Positions 40,167 to 48,934 of a DNA stretch of 64,000 nucleotides are shown here, in pieces; the first letter of the stretch is position 1, and the number at the start of each line of letters is the position of its first letter. Made by a program: the position numbers and the translations under genes. The stretch covers positions 1 through 64,000 of the forward strand of contig CAVYGB010000013.1 of assembly GCA_963767925.1 (NCBI GenBank), in the 5' to 3' direction. Under the pieces are notes generated by a model. The model saw only the letters and a program-made list of their open reading frames with translations. It was not told the origin of the DNA and made no database searches. This DNA is from an uncultured delta proteobacterium. Its GTDB lineage: Bacteria > Myxococcota_A > Polyangia > Fen-1088.

Positions 40167-40858
40167 GGTCGCTGCCGCTGCTGCCCGCAGAGGAGGGCGA
40201 GGCGGGCACCCCCATCGACTCCTGCTGGAACCGGATCGGCGTGGGGGGCGACCGGAGCTGCCCCCAGCTCACGACCGCCATCCATTGCCGCAACTGCGCC
40301 GTGTTCAGCGCGGCGGGCCGCCGGCTGCTCGACGCCGCTCCCCCCCCCGGCTACCACGAGGAGTGGGCCCGCCGCCTGGCGGCCAACGCCGACACCGCCC
40401 GCCGCTCCGACCGTTCGGTGGTGGTGTTCCGGCTGGGCAACGAGTGGCTGGCGTTCGACACCAAGTTCTTCGTCGAGACCACCGGCCCCCGCACCGTGCG
40501 CCGGGTCCCCCACGGGCGCGGCTCGGTGCTCACCGGCCTGGTCAACATCCGCGGGCGGCTCGAGCTGTGCGTGTCGCTCGACACCGTGCTGCACCTCGAG
40601 CGGGGCGGGCCGGCCCTCAACCCGGCCAGCGCCCCCCGTTTGCTCGTCGTCGAGCACGAGAAGAAGGCCTGGGTCTTCCCGGCCGACGAGGTGCACGGCG
40701 TGCGCCACTTCTCGGCCCGCGACCTGCTGGCCGCCCCCGCCACCGTCCAGCGCGGCCCCAGCCCCCACACCCGGGGCCTGTTCCCCTGGAACGACAAGAA
40801 GGTGGGCTACGTCGACGCCGAGAAGCTGTTCGCCACCCTGGAGGCGAGCATCGTATGA
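40163..40858 (+). CDS. wspD: CheW-like adaptor with Cys-rich N-terminus, WspD-like
   Basis: CWNRIGVGGDRSC...HCRNC then a CheW domain; TTG start overlaps the wspC stop. Confidence 0.9.
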   Translation: MRSLPLLPAEEGEAGTPIDSCWNRIGVGGDRSCPQLTTAIHCRNCAVFSAAGRRLLDAAPPPGYHEEWARRLAANADTARRSDRSVVVFRLGNEWLAFDTKFFVETTGPRTVRRVPHGRGSVLTGLVNIRGRLELCVSLDTVLHLERGGPALNPASAPRLLVVEHEKKAWVFPADEVHGVRHFSARDLLAAPATVQRGPSPHTRGLFPWNDKKVGYVDAEKLFATLEASIV

Positions 40859-43350
40859 GCAACCCGGGCTACGCCATCGACAGCGCGCTGCTGGACCTCT
40901 TCCGCAGCGAGCTCGAGATCCACACCGCCGCGCTCAGCGAGGGGCTGCTCGCGCTCGAGGCCAGCGCCTCCGCGCCCTCCGGCTTCGAGGGGCTGCTGCG
41001 CGCGGCCCACTCGATCAAGGGCGCCGCCCGGGTGGTGGGGGTGGAGCCCGCCACCCGGCTGGCCCACGCGCTCGAAGATCGCCTGGTGATGATCCGCGAC
41101 CGCCAGGACACGGTGCGCGCCGAGGAGATCGACGTCCACCTGCGGGTCGTCGACCTGTTCAACCAGCTCGCGGCGAGCACCGCCTCGATCGAGACGCTCG
41201 CCGACTGGCACGCCAGCCACGGCCCGGCGGTGGAGGCCCTGATCAGCGAGCTGGCGGCGCTCAGCGTGGTCCCTCGCCCGGCCGCACCGGCGCCCGCGGC
41301 GCTGGTCCCCGCGCCGGCCCCCGTCGCGGCCGCGCTGGTCCCGGCCGCGCCGCCCTCCGTCCCCGCCCCGGCGGCCCCGGCCGCGCCGCCCGTGGCCCCG
41401 CCGCCCGCCGCCCCCAGCGCGATCCCTCCTGCGGTCGCGGCGCCCCCCGCCGCCTCCCCCTTCGTCCCGGCCGCCGCGGTGGCCGCGGCGATGGCGGTGC
41501 CAGGCAGCAGCGCCCTGCCCGGGCTGATCGTTCCGCCCCGCGCGCCGGCCGCGCCCACCTCCTCGACCCCCACCCCGCCCCCCATGACGGTGCCGAAGGT
41601 GTCCGAGCGGGTGGTGCGGGTGGCCGCCACGAACATCGAGCGCCTGGTGGGCCTGGCCGGCGAGTCGCTGGTCGAGACGCGGCAGCTCCACCCCTTCGTC
41701 GACTCGCTGCGGACGGTGCTGGAGAAGCAGTCCGCCCTCACCCGGATCATCGACGAGCTGGCCACCAAGCTGCATGACGGGGCGCCGCCCCAGATCCTGA
41801 CCCCCCTGCTGGTCAACGCCCGCACCCGGGCCCTCGAGTGCCGGCAGCTCGTCGCCGACCGGGCCGCCGACATCGACAGCTCCAGCCGGCGCCTCGACGA
41901 CGCCACCAGCCGCCTGTACCGCGAGGTGCTCGCCAGCCGCATGCGCCCCTTCGCCGACGGTGTGTCGGGGTTCCAGCGCATGGTGCGGGACCTGGCCCGC
42001 GACCTCGGCAAGAAGGTCCAGTTCGACATCGTCGGGGAGCACACCCAGGTCGACCGCGACGTGCTCGAGAAGCTCAAGGCCCCCCTCACCCACATCCTGC
42101 GCAACGCCCTCGATCACGGCGCCGAGCTGCCCGCCCAGCGCGAGGCGGCGGGCAAGCCGGAGACGGTGGCCCTGCGGCTCGAGGCCCGGCACCGGGCCGG
42201 CATGCTCATCATCACCTCCAGCGACGACGGGCGGGGCATCGACGTCGAGCGGCTGCGCAGCAAGGTGATCGCCCGGGGCATGGTGAGCAGCGACGTCGGC
42301 GAGCGGCTCACCCACGCCGAGCTGCTGGAGTTCATCTTCCTGGCGGGCGTGTCCACCGCCGCGAGCATCACCGAGATCTCGGGCCGGGGGGTGGGCCTCG
42401 ACGTCGTGCAGAGCTTCGTGCAGGAGATCGGGGGGACGGTGCGGGTCTTCTCCGAGCTCGGCAAGGGGACCCGCTTCCAGCTCCAGCTCCCCCTGACCCT
42501 CTCGGTCATCCGCGCGCTGGTGGTGGAGATCGCCGGCGATCCCTACGCCCTGCCCCTCAACCGCATCGAGCGCATCGCCCGGGTGCCCACCAGCCAGATC
42601 CGCCTTGTCGAGGGGCGGGAGTTCTTCCCCCTCGACGACCAGAACATCGGCCTGGTGGCGGCCGCCCGGCTGCTGGGCCTGGACAGCACGGCCTTGCCCC
42701 GCGAGGAGGTGGCGGTCGTCGTGGTGGGGGACCGCACCTACCGCTACGGCCTGGCGGTCGACCGCTTCCTGGGCGAACACGACCTGGTGGTGCGGCCCCT
42801 CGACCCCCGGCTGGGGCGGGTGCCCGACATCAACGCCGCCGCCATCTTGAACGACGGATCGCCGCTGCTGATCCTCGACGTCGAGGACGTCGTCCGGTCC
42901 ATCGACAAGCTGCTCAACGGCGAGGCCAAGCGGGCCTTCGCCGTCAACGCCGGCCCCAGCGCCCCCCGCCGCCGCAAGCGCATCCTCGTGGTCGACGACT
43001 CCATCACCGTGCGGGAGGTGGAGCGGCAGCTCCTGACCAGCCGGGGCTACGACGTCACCGTCGCGGTCGATGGGGCCGACGGCTGGAACTCGGTGCGGGG
43101 CGGCGAGTTCGACCTGGTGGTGAGCGACATCGACATGCCGCGCATGAACGGCATCGAGCTGGTCCGCTCGATCAAGCAGGACGCCAAGCTGCGCTCGCTG
43201 CCGGTGGTCATCGTCTCGTACAAGGACCGGGAAGAGGACCGCATGCGCGGCCTGGAGGCGGGCGCCGACGGTTACCTCACCAAGAGCAGCTTCCAGGATC
43301 ACACCCTGCTCAAGACCGTCGAGCGGCTGATCGGCGAGGCCCTGGCATGA
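40855..43350 (+). CDS. wspE: Hybrid CheA kinase-response regulator, WspE-like
   Basis: Hpt RAAHSIKGAAR, Pro/Ala linker, HILRNALDHG, ISGRGVGLDVV, CheW, C-terminal REC VVDDS..SDIDMP. Confidence 0.93.
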   Translation: MSNPGYAIDSALLDLFRSELEIHTAALSEGLLALEASASAPSGFEGLLRAAHSIKGAARVVGVEPATRLAHALEDRLVMIRDRQDTVRAEEIDVHLRVVDLFNQLAASTASIETLADWHASHGPAVEALISELAALSVVPRPAAPAPAALVPAPAPVAAALVPAAPPSVPAPAAPAAPPVAPPPAAPSAIPPAVAAPPAASPFVPAAAVAAAMAVPGSSALPGLIVPPRAPAAPTSSTPTPPPMTVPKVSERVVRVAATNIERLVGLAGESLVETRQLHPFVDSLRTVLEKQSALTRIIDELATKLHDGAPPQILTPLLVNARTRALECRQLVADRAADIDSSSRRLDDATSRLYREVLASRMRPFADGVSGFQRMVRDLARDLGKKVQFDIVGEHTQVDRDVLEKLKAPLTHILRNALDHGAELPAQREAAGKPETVALRLEARHRAGMLIITSSDDGRGIDVERLRSKVIARGMVSSDVGERLTHAELLEFIFLAGVSTAASITEISGRGVGLDVVQSFVQEIGGTVRVFSELGKGTRFQLQLPLTLSVIRALVVEIAGDPYALPLNRIERIARVPTSQIRLVEGREFFPLDDQNIGLVAAARLLGLDSTALPREEVAVVVVGDRTYRYGLAVDRFLGEHDLVVRPLDPRLGRVPDINAAAILNDGSPLLILDVEDVVRSIDKLLNGEAKRAFAVNAGPSAPRRRKRILVVDDSITVREVERQLLTSRGYDVTVAVDGADGWNSVRGGEFDLVVSDIDMPRMNGIELVRSIKQDAKLRSLPVVIVSYKDREEDRMRGLEAGADGYLTKSSFQDHTLLKTVERLIGEALA

Positions 43351-44378
43351 AGATCGGCATCGCCAGCGCCCAGCAGGCCGCGATCGATCTGCTGCAGCAG
43401 CTCCTCGAGCGAGCCAACCCCCCCCACGAGCTGGCCTGGGTGGTGCGCGACGAGGCGGGGGCCGTCTGGCGTTGCCAGCAGGAGCGGCCCGACCTCCTGC
43501 TGCTGGACGCCGAGTTGCCCGCCCAGGGGCGCGACCAGGACATCATCCCCCGGATCATGGCGGCCAGCCCCTGCGGCATCGTCCTCGTCGCCACCGACCC
43601 CGCCCGCAACATCGGGACGGTGTACGAATCGATGAGCCGGGGGGCCCTCGACTGGTTCAGCCTGCGCCTGCACGGCGGCAGCCGCGAGGAGCAGGGGCAG
43701 GCGCTGTTGGCCAAGCTGGCCCGCCTGCAGCCCCTGCTTCGCGGCGCCCAGCGCGAGCGGGCCACCCCCCGCCCGTCGGGCCCGGCGACGATGGGGCCGA
43801 CCCCGCTGGTGGCGATCGGGTCGTCGACGGGGGGACCCCAGGCGCTGGCCGAGATCCTGGGGGGCCTGCCCCGGGCCTTCTCGGGGTGCCTCGTCATCGT
43901 CCAGCACTTCGATCCCGCGTACACCGATGGGCTCACCTCCTGGCTCAGCCAGCAGTCGGGGTTCTCCGTGCGCCTGGCGGTGGCCGGTGATCGGCCACGC
44001 CCCGGCGACGTCCTGGTGGCCGCTGCCGACCGCCACCTCGTCATGCGGCGGGGCGGCTACCTGGGCTACGAGACGGAGCCCAGCGGCACGCCTTACCGCC
44101 CCAACGTCGACGTGTTCTTTCGCAGCCTCGTCAGCTACGCCCCCAAGCAGGCCGCGGCTGTCCTGCTGACGGGGATGGGCGCCGACGGCGCCGAGGGCCT
44201 CAAGCAGCTCCGCCAGGCCGGCTGGTTGACCATCGCCCAGGACCGCGCCACCAGCGTGGTCTACGGCATGCCGAAGGCGGCGGCCGAGCTGGGCGCCGCC
44301 GCCATGATCTTACCTCTGACCCGGATCGCCCACGTCCTGCGCGCCCAGGTAGCCGGCTCCCTCGTCAACAACCCCTGA
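43347..44378 (+). CDS. wspF: CheB methylesterase, WspF-like
   Basis: GSSTGGP, VQH, LTGMGADG, TSVVYGMPKAA; N-terminal REC partly degenerate; ATG 43347 overlaps the wspE stop. Confidence 0.9.
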   Translation: MKIGIASAQQAAIDLLQQLLERANPPHELAWVVRDEAGAVWRCQQERPDLLLLDAELPAQGRDQDIIPRIMAASPCGIVLVATDPARNIGTVYESMSRGALDWFSLRLHGGSREEQGQALLAKLARLQPLLRGAQRERATPRPSGPATMGPTPLVAIGSSTGGPQALAEILGGLPRAFSGCLVIVQHFDPAYTDGLTSWLSQQSGFSVRLAVAGDRPRPGDVLVAAADRHLVMRRGGYLGYETEPSGTPYRPNVDVFFRSLVSYAPKQAAAVLLTGMGADGAEGLKQLRQAGWLTIAQDRATSVVYGMPKAAAELGAAAMILPLTRIAHVLRAQVAGSLVNNP

Positions 44379-44406
44379 CCTGCGGCCTGACGCCGGCGCG
44401 ACCGGG

Positions 44407-45192
44407 CTAGCGGCGGGCTTTGCGCAGCACGATGCGCACGGTCTTGCGCTTGTCGGCGGTGACGGTGGTCAGCGAGCCCTCGAAGCCGTCGGCCAGCGCC
44501 CCGATCGTGTGTTTGGTCCCGCGGGCGAGGGGCACCGGGTTGGAGACCATCGGCTCGCCATTGAGCAGCAGGCGGGCGCTGCGGGGAGAGACGTCGACCG
44601 TGACAAGGACGTTGGGTCCCAGCTCGACCGGCTTCCATACCGTGGGCTGGGCGGCGGCGGCCGGGTCGCTGGCGCTGGCCGGCGCCGCCGCCGACTCGGA
44701 CGCCGCGCTCCCTCCGCGAAAGTAGCGCAGGGCCGAGCCGATCACCGCCAGCATGCCCAGCCCGGCGAAGGCCCACAGCAGCAGGTTCGACATCCCCTCG
44801 CGGGGGGCCTTGTAGTCCCCCTCGAGGGCCCCCGCCGTCTCGGGCATCCGGAAGACGCCGCTGGCCCCCCCCTTCTCCGGGACCCGGTGGGTGCCGCTGG
44901 TGCCGCCCGCCTTGCCCTGCACGCGAAAGACGCCGCTGGTGGAGGCGCGCTCGGCGCTCAGGCCGCGCACGGCGGGGGTCGGATCGGGCGCCACCGTCTG
45001 GGCGCTCGGCCGGCGGGCCGGTTTGGCGATCTCGAGCGCCAGCTCGATGTTCTCGTTCTCGGCGGGCGGCGCGAAGGGATCCCGCCCGGAGCTGGCCGCG
45101 CCCTTGGTCTCCTCGATGCCGGGCGCGAGCTCGAGCCGGGGCACCTGGCCATCCCCGGCGAGCGCGTGCGGATCGCGGCCCTGCTCTGCCAT
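44407..45192 (-). CDS. Hypothetical single-TM protein with C-terminal PEGA-like beta domain
   Basis: AAGGAG SD; disordered N-terminus, TM LLLWAFAGLGMLAVIG, VTVDVSP.SARLLLNG...HTI..LADGF. Confidence 0.65.
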   Translation of the reverse strand: MAEQGRDPHALAGDGQVPRLELAPGIEETKGAASSGRDPFAPPAENENIELALEIAKPARRPSAQTVAPDPTPAVRGLSAERASTSGVFRVQGKAGGTSGTHRVPEKGGASGVFRMPETAGALEGDYKAPREGMSNLLLWAFAGLGMLAVIGSALRYFRGGSAASESAAAPASASDPAAAAQPTVWKPVELGPNVLVTVDVSPRSARLLLNGEPMVSNPVPLARGTKHTIGALADGFEGSLTTVTADKRKTVRIVLRKARR

Positions 45193-45260
45193 CTCCTTTA
45201 AGCGTGACGCTCCCGTTCCCCGCCCGCAACGAACGCGCCCGCCCCGCCCGCGATCGAGGG

Positions 45261-45280
45261 AAAAAAAACCGGGCGCCGGT
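45261..45280 (-). terminator. Intrinsic terminator
   Basis: On the minus strand ACCGG-CGC-CCGGT runs into a T tract (T8 including the stem T). Confidence 0.55.
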
Positions 45281-45381
45281 GCGAGCCTGCCCGACCCCCG
45301 CCGCGGTGTCGGTGGCGGTGTGAGGCTGCGCCCCGGCGGCGCCGCCGGCAGGTCCCGGCGCCTGGGCCGGGCACCAGAAAG

Positions 45382-45418
45382 AAAAAGCCCCCGGGCCGGG
45401 TGGCGCGGGGGCCTTTTT
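45382..45418. terminator. Bidirectional intrinsic terminator downstream of the OMP gene
   Basis: AAAAA-GCCCCCG...CGGGGGC-CTTTTT. Confidence 0.65.
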
Positions 45419-45436
45419 CAGAGACGGAGCGTTCGC

Positions 45437-46258
45437 TTACAGCGGGCGGACGCTCACCCAGAGCAGGAGGGACTTGCCGTCGGCGGCGCCGACACCCTCG
45501 GGCGGGTGGAGCAGGTTGGTAAAGTCGAAGCGGGCGCCCACGTCGAGCGTGTTGTTGATGGCGACCAGCGCGCCGATGCCCACGGGAACGCCGAAGGCGT
45601 CGCCGAAGCCGTCGAGCGAGGTCTGGGAGATGCCGGTGTAGAGCACCGGGGAGATGTTCTCGGTCGCCCGGAAGTAGGCGTAGACCGGCAGGCCGAAGCT
45701 CTCCTTGTTGTTGACGGGCGCGTCCCGCTCGTTGAGGCCGAGGCCGAAGTTCGGGTAGGCCAGGATGGCGACGTTGCCCCCGACTACCCAGTTCATGGCC
45801 CCACCGACCTGCAGGTTGAGCGTCATCGGGTCGCTGATCCGCAGGAAGTTGAGCTGGGTCCAGGTGGCGAGCTCGAGGCTGCTGCCCCGCCCGAAGAGCG
45901 AGAACAGGAGCTGCACGCCGAGGTCGTCGTAGACCTTGGCACAGTCGCTGGTGAGGCAGATGCCGGTGCCGTGGACGATGCCGAGCTGGAGCTCGTCGCT
46001 GAGGCCGTACCAGATGGCCAGCGGCAAGCTGACGCGCTTGTCGCCGACCTTGGGCAGGCCGACCGCGCCGTTGACATCCACCTGGAGCATGCCGCCGCTC
46101 AGGGCGAGCGGACGGTCGACGCCCGAGAGCGGCCAGTTCTCCTTGGCGAGCGGATCGCCCGAGACGGGGGCGGCCGTAGCCTCGGCGGTGGGGTCTTGGG
46201 CCATTGCCGCCGCGGGGGCGACCACTACGAAAAGCAACGCGAGCAATGTTCGTCGCAT
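45437..46258 (-). CDS. Hypothetical exported protein, probable outer-membrane beta-barrel
   Basis: AAGGAG SD, signal peptide ending AMA|Q, alternating hydrophobic beta-strand pattern. Confidence 0.7.
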   Translation of the reverse strand: MRRTLLALLFVVVAPAAAMAQDPTAEATAAPVSGDPLAKENWPLSGVDRPLALSGGMLQVDVNGAVGLPKVGDKRVSLPLAIWYGLSDELQLGIVHGTGICLTSDCAKVYDDLGVQLLFSLFGRGSSLELATWTQLNFLRISDPMTLNLQVGGAMNWVVGGNVAILAYPNFGLGLNERDAPVNNKESFGLPVYAYFRATENISPVLYTGISQTSLDGFGDAFGVPVGIGALVAINNTLDVGARFDFTNLLHPPEGVGAADGKSLLLWVSVRPL

Positions 46259-46554
46259 GTAAGGACTCCTTGGTGACCTGGGGCTGGTTTAACCGCCCGC
46301 ACGCCTGGCTGTAAAGAAGCTTGCTGTTTGCTCTCCGGAGCCGTCACGCCTCGGTTTCCTCGCTGTTTCCGTGCCGTTAAGGTTTTGACGGCTGCTGGCA
46401 CCCGGTCGGATGTAAAGGCTGGCTTTTCCCCGGAAACGCGCGTCTTCCGGAGGGGCCCGCGCAGGAGAGAGGATCGCGATGACACGGAGGGGCTCGCTAT
46501 TTCGGCCCCAATTCCTGCTCCTGGTTTCGTGTTTTCACGCGCCCAGGAGTCCCC

Positions 46555-46588
46555 AAAAAAAAAGGGAGAGGGCGACGCCCCCTCCCCG
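46555..46588 (-). terminator. Intrinsic terminator of the tlpA-redoxin pair
   Basis: Minus strand GGGGAGGGGGCGTCGCCCTCTCCC followed by a T9 run. Confidence 0.7.
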
Positions 46589-46630
46589 ATCCCGGAACGA
46601 GCCGGCTTGGCCGACGTCGTTGCGAGACGC

Positions 46631-47254
46631 CTACGAGACCTTGGCGAACTTGATGGTGCAGCCCAGGCTCTTGGTCTCCTGGACGGCGGGGGTCTTGCCG
46701 GTGGAGACGGCCTCGAGGGCGTCCTTGAGGAAGGTCTTCTGGACCTTGGCGGCCTCCTCGTGGTTGTCGTCGATGGTGCCGTGGTAGACCAGCTTGCCGC
46801 CCTTGTCGAACAGGAAGGCTTCGGGCGTGCGGGTGGCGCCGAAGGCCTTGGCTACCGACGAGTCCGGATCCACGGCGTAGGCGAACTGGACGTTCCGCTC
46901 CTTGGCCCGGGCCTGGGTGAGCTCGAAGGTGTCCTTCTTCGAGACGTTCGGGTTGTTGGAGTTGATCAGCAGGACGCCCACGCCCTTCTTGGCGTAGGTG
47001 TTGCCGAGGGCCACGATGCGCTCCTCCCAGGCCTTGGCGTAGGGGCACTCGTTGCAGGTGAACACCACCAGGGTGCCGCTCTTGCCGGCGGCCTTGGCGA
47101 TGGTGATCTCCTTGCCGTCCACCACGTTCTTGAGCTTGGCGTCGGCGGCCGGGGCCTTGGAGGCGAGGGCGATGGGCTTGGCGTCGTCGGCGTAGGCCGC
47201 GGAGCTGGCCGCGGCCAGGACGAGGGCTGACAGGGACAGAGTCAGAGTCTTCAT
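46631..47254 (-). CDS. Exported thioredoxin/AhpC-TSA family redoxin
   Basis: Signal peptide; FTCNECPY, INSN, ATRTPEAF, YHGTIDD, GCTIK; AAGGAG SD. Confidence 0.9.
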   Translation of the reverse strand: MKTLTLSLSALVLAAASSAAYADDAKPIALASKAPAADAKLKNVVDGKEITIAKAAGKSGTLVVFTCNECPYAKAWEERIVALGNTYAKKGVGVLLINSNNPNVSKKDTFELTQARAKERNVQFAYAVDPDSSVAKAFGATRTPEAFLFDKGGKLVYHGTIDDNHEEAAKVQKTFLKDALEAVSTGKTPAVQETKSLGCTIKFAKVS

Positions 47255-47874
47255 GGTGTTCTCCTTTTGGGCTGACCTTGGTTCTGACCGTGCTGGTTCT
47301 GACCGAGTGTCGGGTCGGTGGTCTTGGCCTCCGGGTGCCCGGTCAGGAGGCCGCCAAGTTCCTTCTTGAGGGCCTCGTGGGTGACCGGTCCCGACCAGAG
47401 TCGTTTCCTCTGGCCGCTGCCGTCGAACAGCAGGGAGGCCGGCAGCGTACCATTCCACCGGGGGTCGAGCCCGTCGATGAACGTCTGGTCGTTTCCGGTC
47501 TTGAGATAGGAACGAAAATCGACGCCCAGGGACGCCAGGAACCGGGCCACCGCCTTCTTCTCGGACGACAGATCGGCCGACACGAGGATCAGGCGCAACC
47601 CGTGGTCCCGGCTCTCCTTGTAAAATTTGAGTATGTCGGGCATCTCCTCGACGCAAGGCTCGCACCAGGTCGCCCAGACGTTGACCAGGACCGCCTTGGC
47701 GCCGGGCCGACGCACCGCTGACATCACCGCCTCGATGTTGGCCGGGACCACCTCCGGCAGCTTGCCCGCGGGAGCGCCGCTGGCGCTGGGGCCCGCGCCC
47801 GCAGCCGCGAAGGCGACCGCGCCGAGACCGATCAGCAGGCCCAGCGAGGCACCTCGAAAATGAAAGGTCGTCAT
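47251..47874 (-). CDS. TlpA family disulfide reductase
   Basis: N-terminal hydrophobic anchor, VNVWATWCEPC, GTLPAS. Confidence 0.9.
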   Translation of the reverse strand: MTTFHFRGASLGLLIGLGAVAFAAAGAGPSASGAPAGKLPEVVPANIEAVMSAVRRPGAKAVLVNVWATWCEPCVEEMPDILKFYKESRDHGLRLILVSADLSSEKKAVARFLASLGVDFRSYLKTGNDQTFIDGLDPRWNGTLPASLLFDGSGQRKRLWSGPVTHEALKKELGGLLTGHPEAKTTDPTLGQNQHGQNQGQPKRRTP

Positions 47875-47905
47875 CGGGCGCAACCTTACCCCGGCCCCCG
47901 CCCGG

Positions 47906-47994
47906 CCGCCCGAGAACGACGAACGCTCCTGGCCGCCAGGGCGAACCGCCCGAGAACGACGAACGCTCCTGGCCGCCAGGGCGAACCGCCCGAG
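47906..47994. repeat. 40-bp perfect tandem duplication plus a 9-bp partial copy
   Basis: ccgcccgagaacgacgaacgctcctggccgccagggcgaa at 47906 and 47946. Confidence 0.92.
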
Positions 47995-48065
47995 CAAGCG
48001 AAACCTCCGCCCGATCCGCCGATGAGGATCCGCGCGGGAGCTGAACGAGGCAACTCCGCGGTTGT

Positions 48066-48116
48066 TCGCCCTCGCCCCGCGGCAGCGGGGAGAGGGGAGG
48101 GGTGAGGGGTCCTCCG
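48066..48116. repeat. REP-like palindromic element, same family as 4893-5069
   Basis: tcgccctcgccccgcggcagcggggagaggggaggggtgaggggtc is nearly identical to the 5021 copy. Confidence 0.85.
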
Positions 48117-48125
48117 ACCGCTGCG

Positions 48126-48932
48126 CTAGGTGATCCGGGTCCCCACCGTGCCGGGGGCGGCGAGGGCCGCGGCGATCTCGGTGGGGCCCACGATCTGCAC
48201 GCTGCGGACTCCAGCGGCGATGGCGGCGAACGCCTCCTCCAGCTTCGGGATCATGCCGCCGGTCACAACCCCGCCGGCGATCGCCGCGCGCCCCTCGGTC
48301 ACGCTGAGGCGGGGCAAGCGCGTGGCCGGATCGCGCGGGTCACGCCGCACGCCCCCCACCGCGGTCACCGCCACCAGCGTGTCGGCCTCGAGCGCGGCGG
48401 CCATCTGGCTGGCGGCGAGGTCGGCGTTGAGGTTGAGCACCTGCCCGTCCTCGGAGAGCCCGAGGCAGGAGATCACCGGCAGGTAGCGGGCCGCCAGGAG
48501 CGTCTCCAGCAGCGGGCGATCGATCCCCACCACGTCCCCCACCAGCCCGAAGTCGATCGGCTCGGGCCCGCCGCCCGACACGACCCGGGGCGGCCGCCGG
48601 CGCGCCCGCAGGACGCCGCTGCCCGCGTGCAACCCGACCGCGCGCACCTGCCGCGCCCGCAAGGCCGCGCACAGCTCGACGTTGAGCCGCCCGGCCACCA
48701 CCATCTCCAGCACCTCCAGGGTGGCCGCGTCGGTGATCCGCCGCCCGCCCACCAGGCGGGTCTCCACGCCCAGCCGCCCCGACAGCGCCGTCACCTGGGC
48801 GCCCCCGCCGTGCACGACGACGATCCGGTCGGCCGGGGCCGCCTCGATGCAAGCGGCGGCCCCGGCGGCCACCTCACCCCGGGCCGGATCCTCGAGGACG
48901 TCGCCGCCCAGCTTGATGACCACCGTCGCCAT
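48126..48932 (-). CDS. argB: Acetylglutamate kinase
   Basis: VIKLGG, VVHGGG, GRRITD, NLNAD, TGGMIPKL; directly downstream of argC. Confidence 0.92.
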   Translation of the reverse strand: MATVVIKLGGDVLEDPARGEVAAGAAACIEAAPADRIVVVHGGGAQVTALSGRLGVETRLVGGRRITDAATLEVLEMVVAGRLNVELCAALRARQVRAVGLHAGSGVLRARRRPPRVVSGGGPEPIDFGLVGDVVGIDRPLLETLLAARYLPVISCLGLSEDGQVLNLNADLAASQMAAALEADTLVAVTAVGGVRRDPRDPATRLPRLSVTEGRAAIAGGVVTGGMIPKLEEAFAAIAAGVRSVQIVGPTEIAAALAAPGTVGTRIT

Positions 48933-48934
48933 GG

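Noticed and set aside
46259..46554. Riboswitch in the long intergenic region
   Set aside because: No recognisable conserved core (c-di-GMP, cobalamin, TPP, SAM) found by eye
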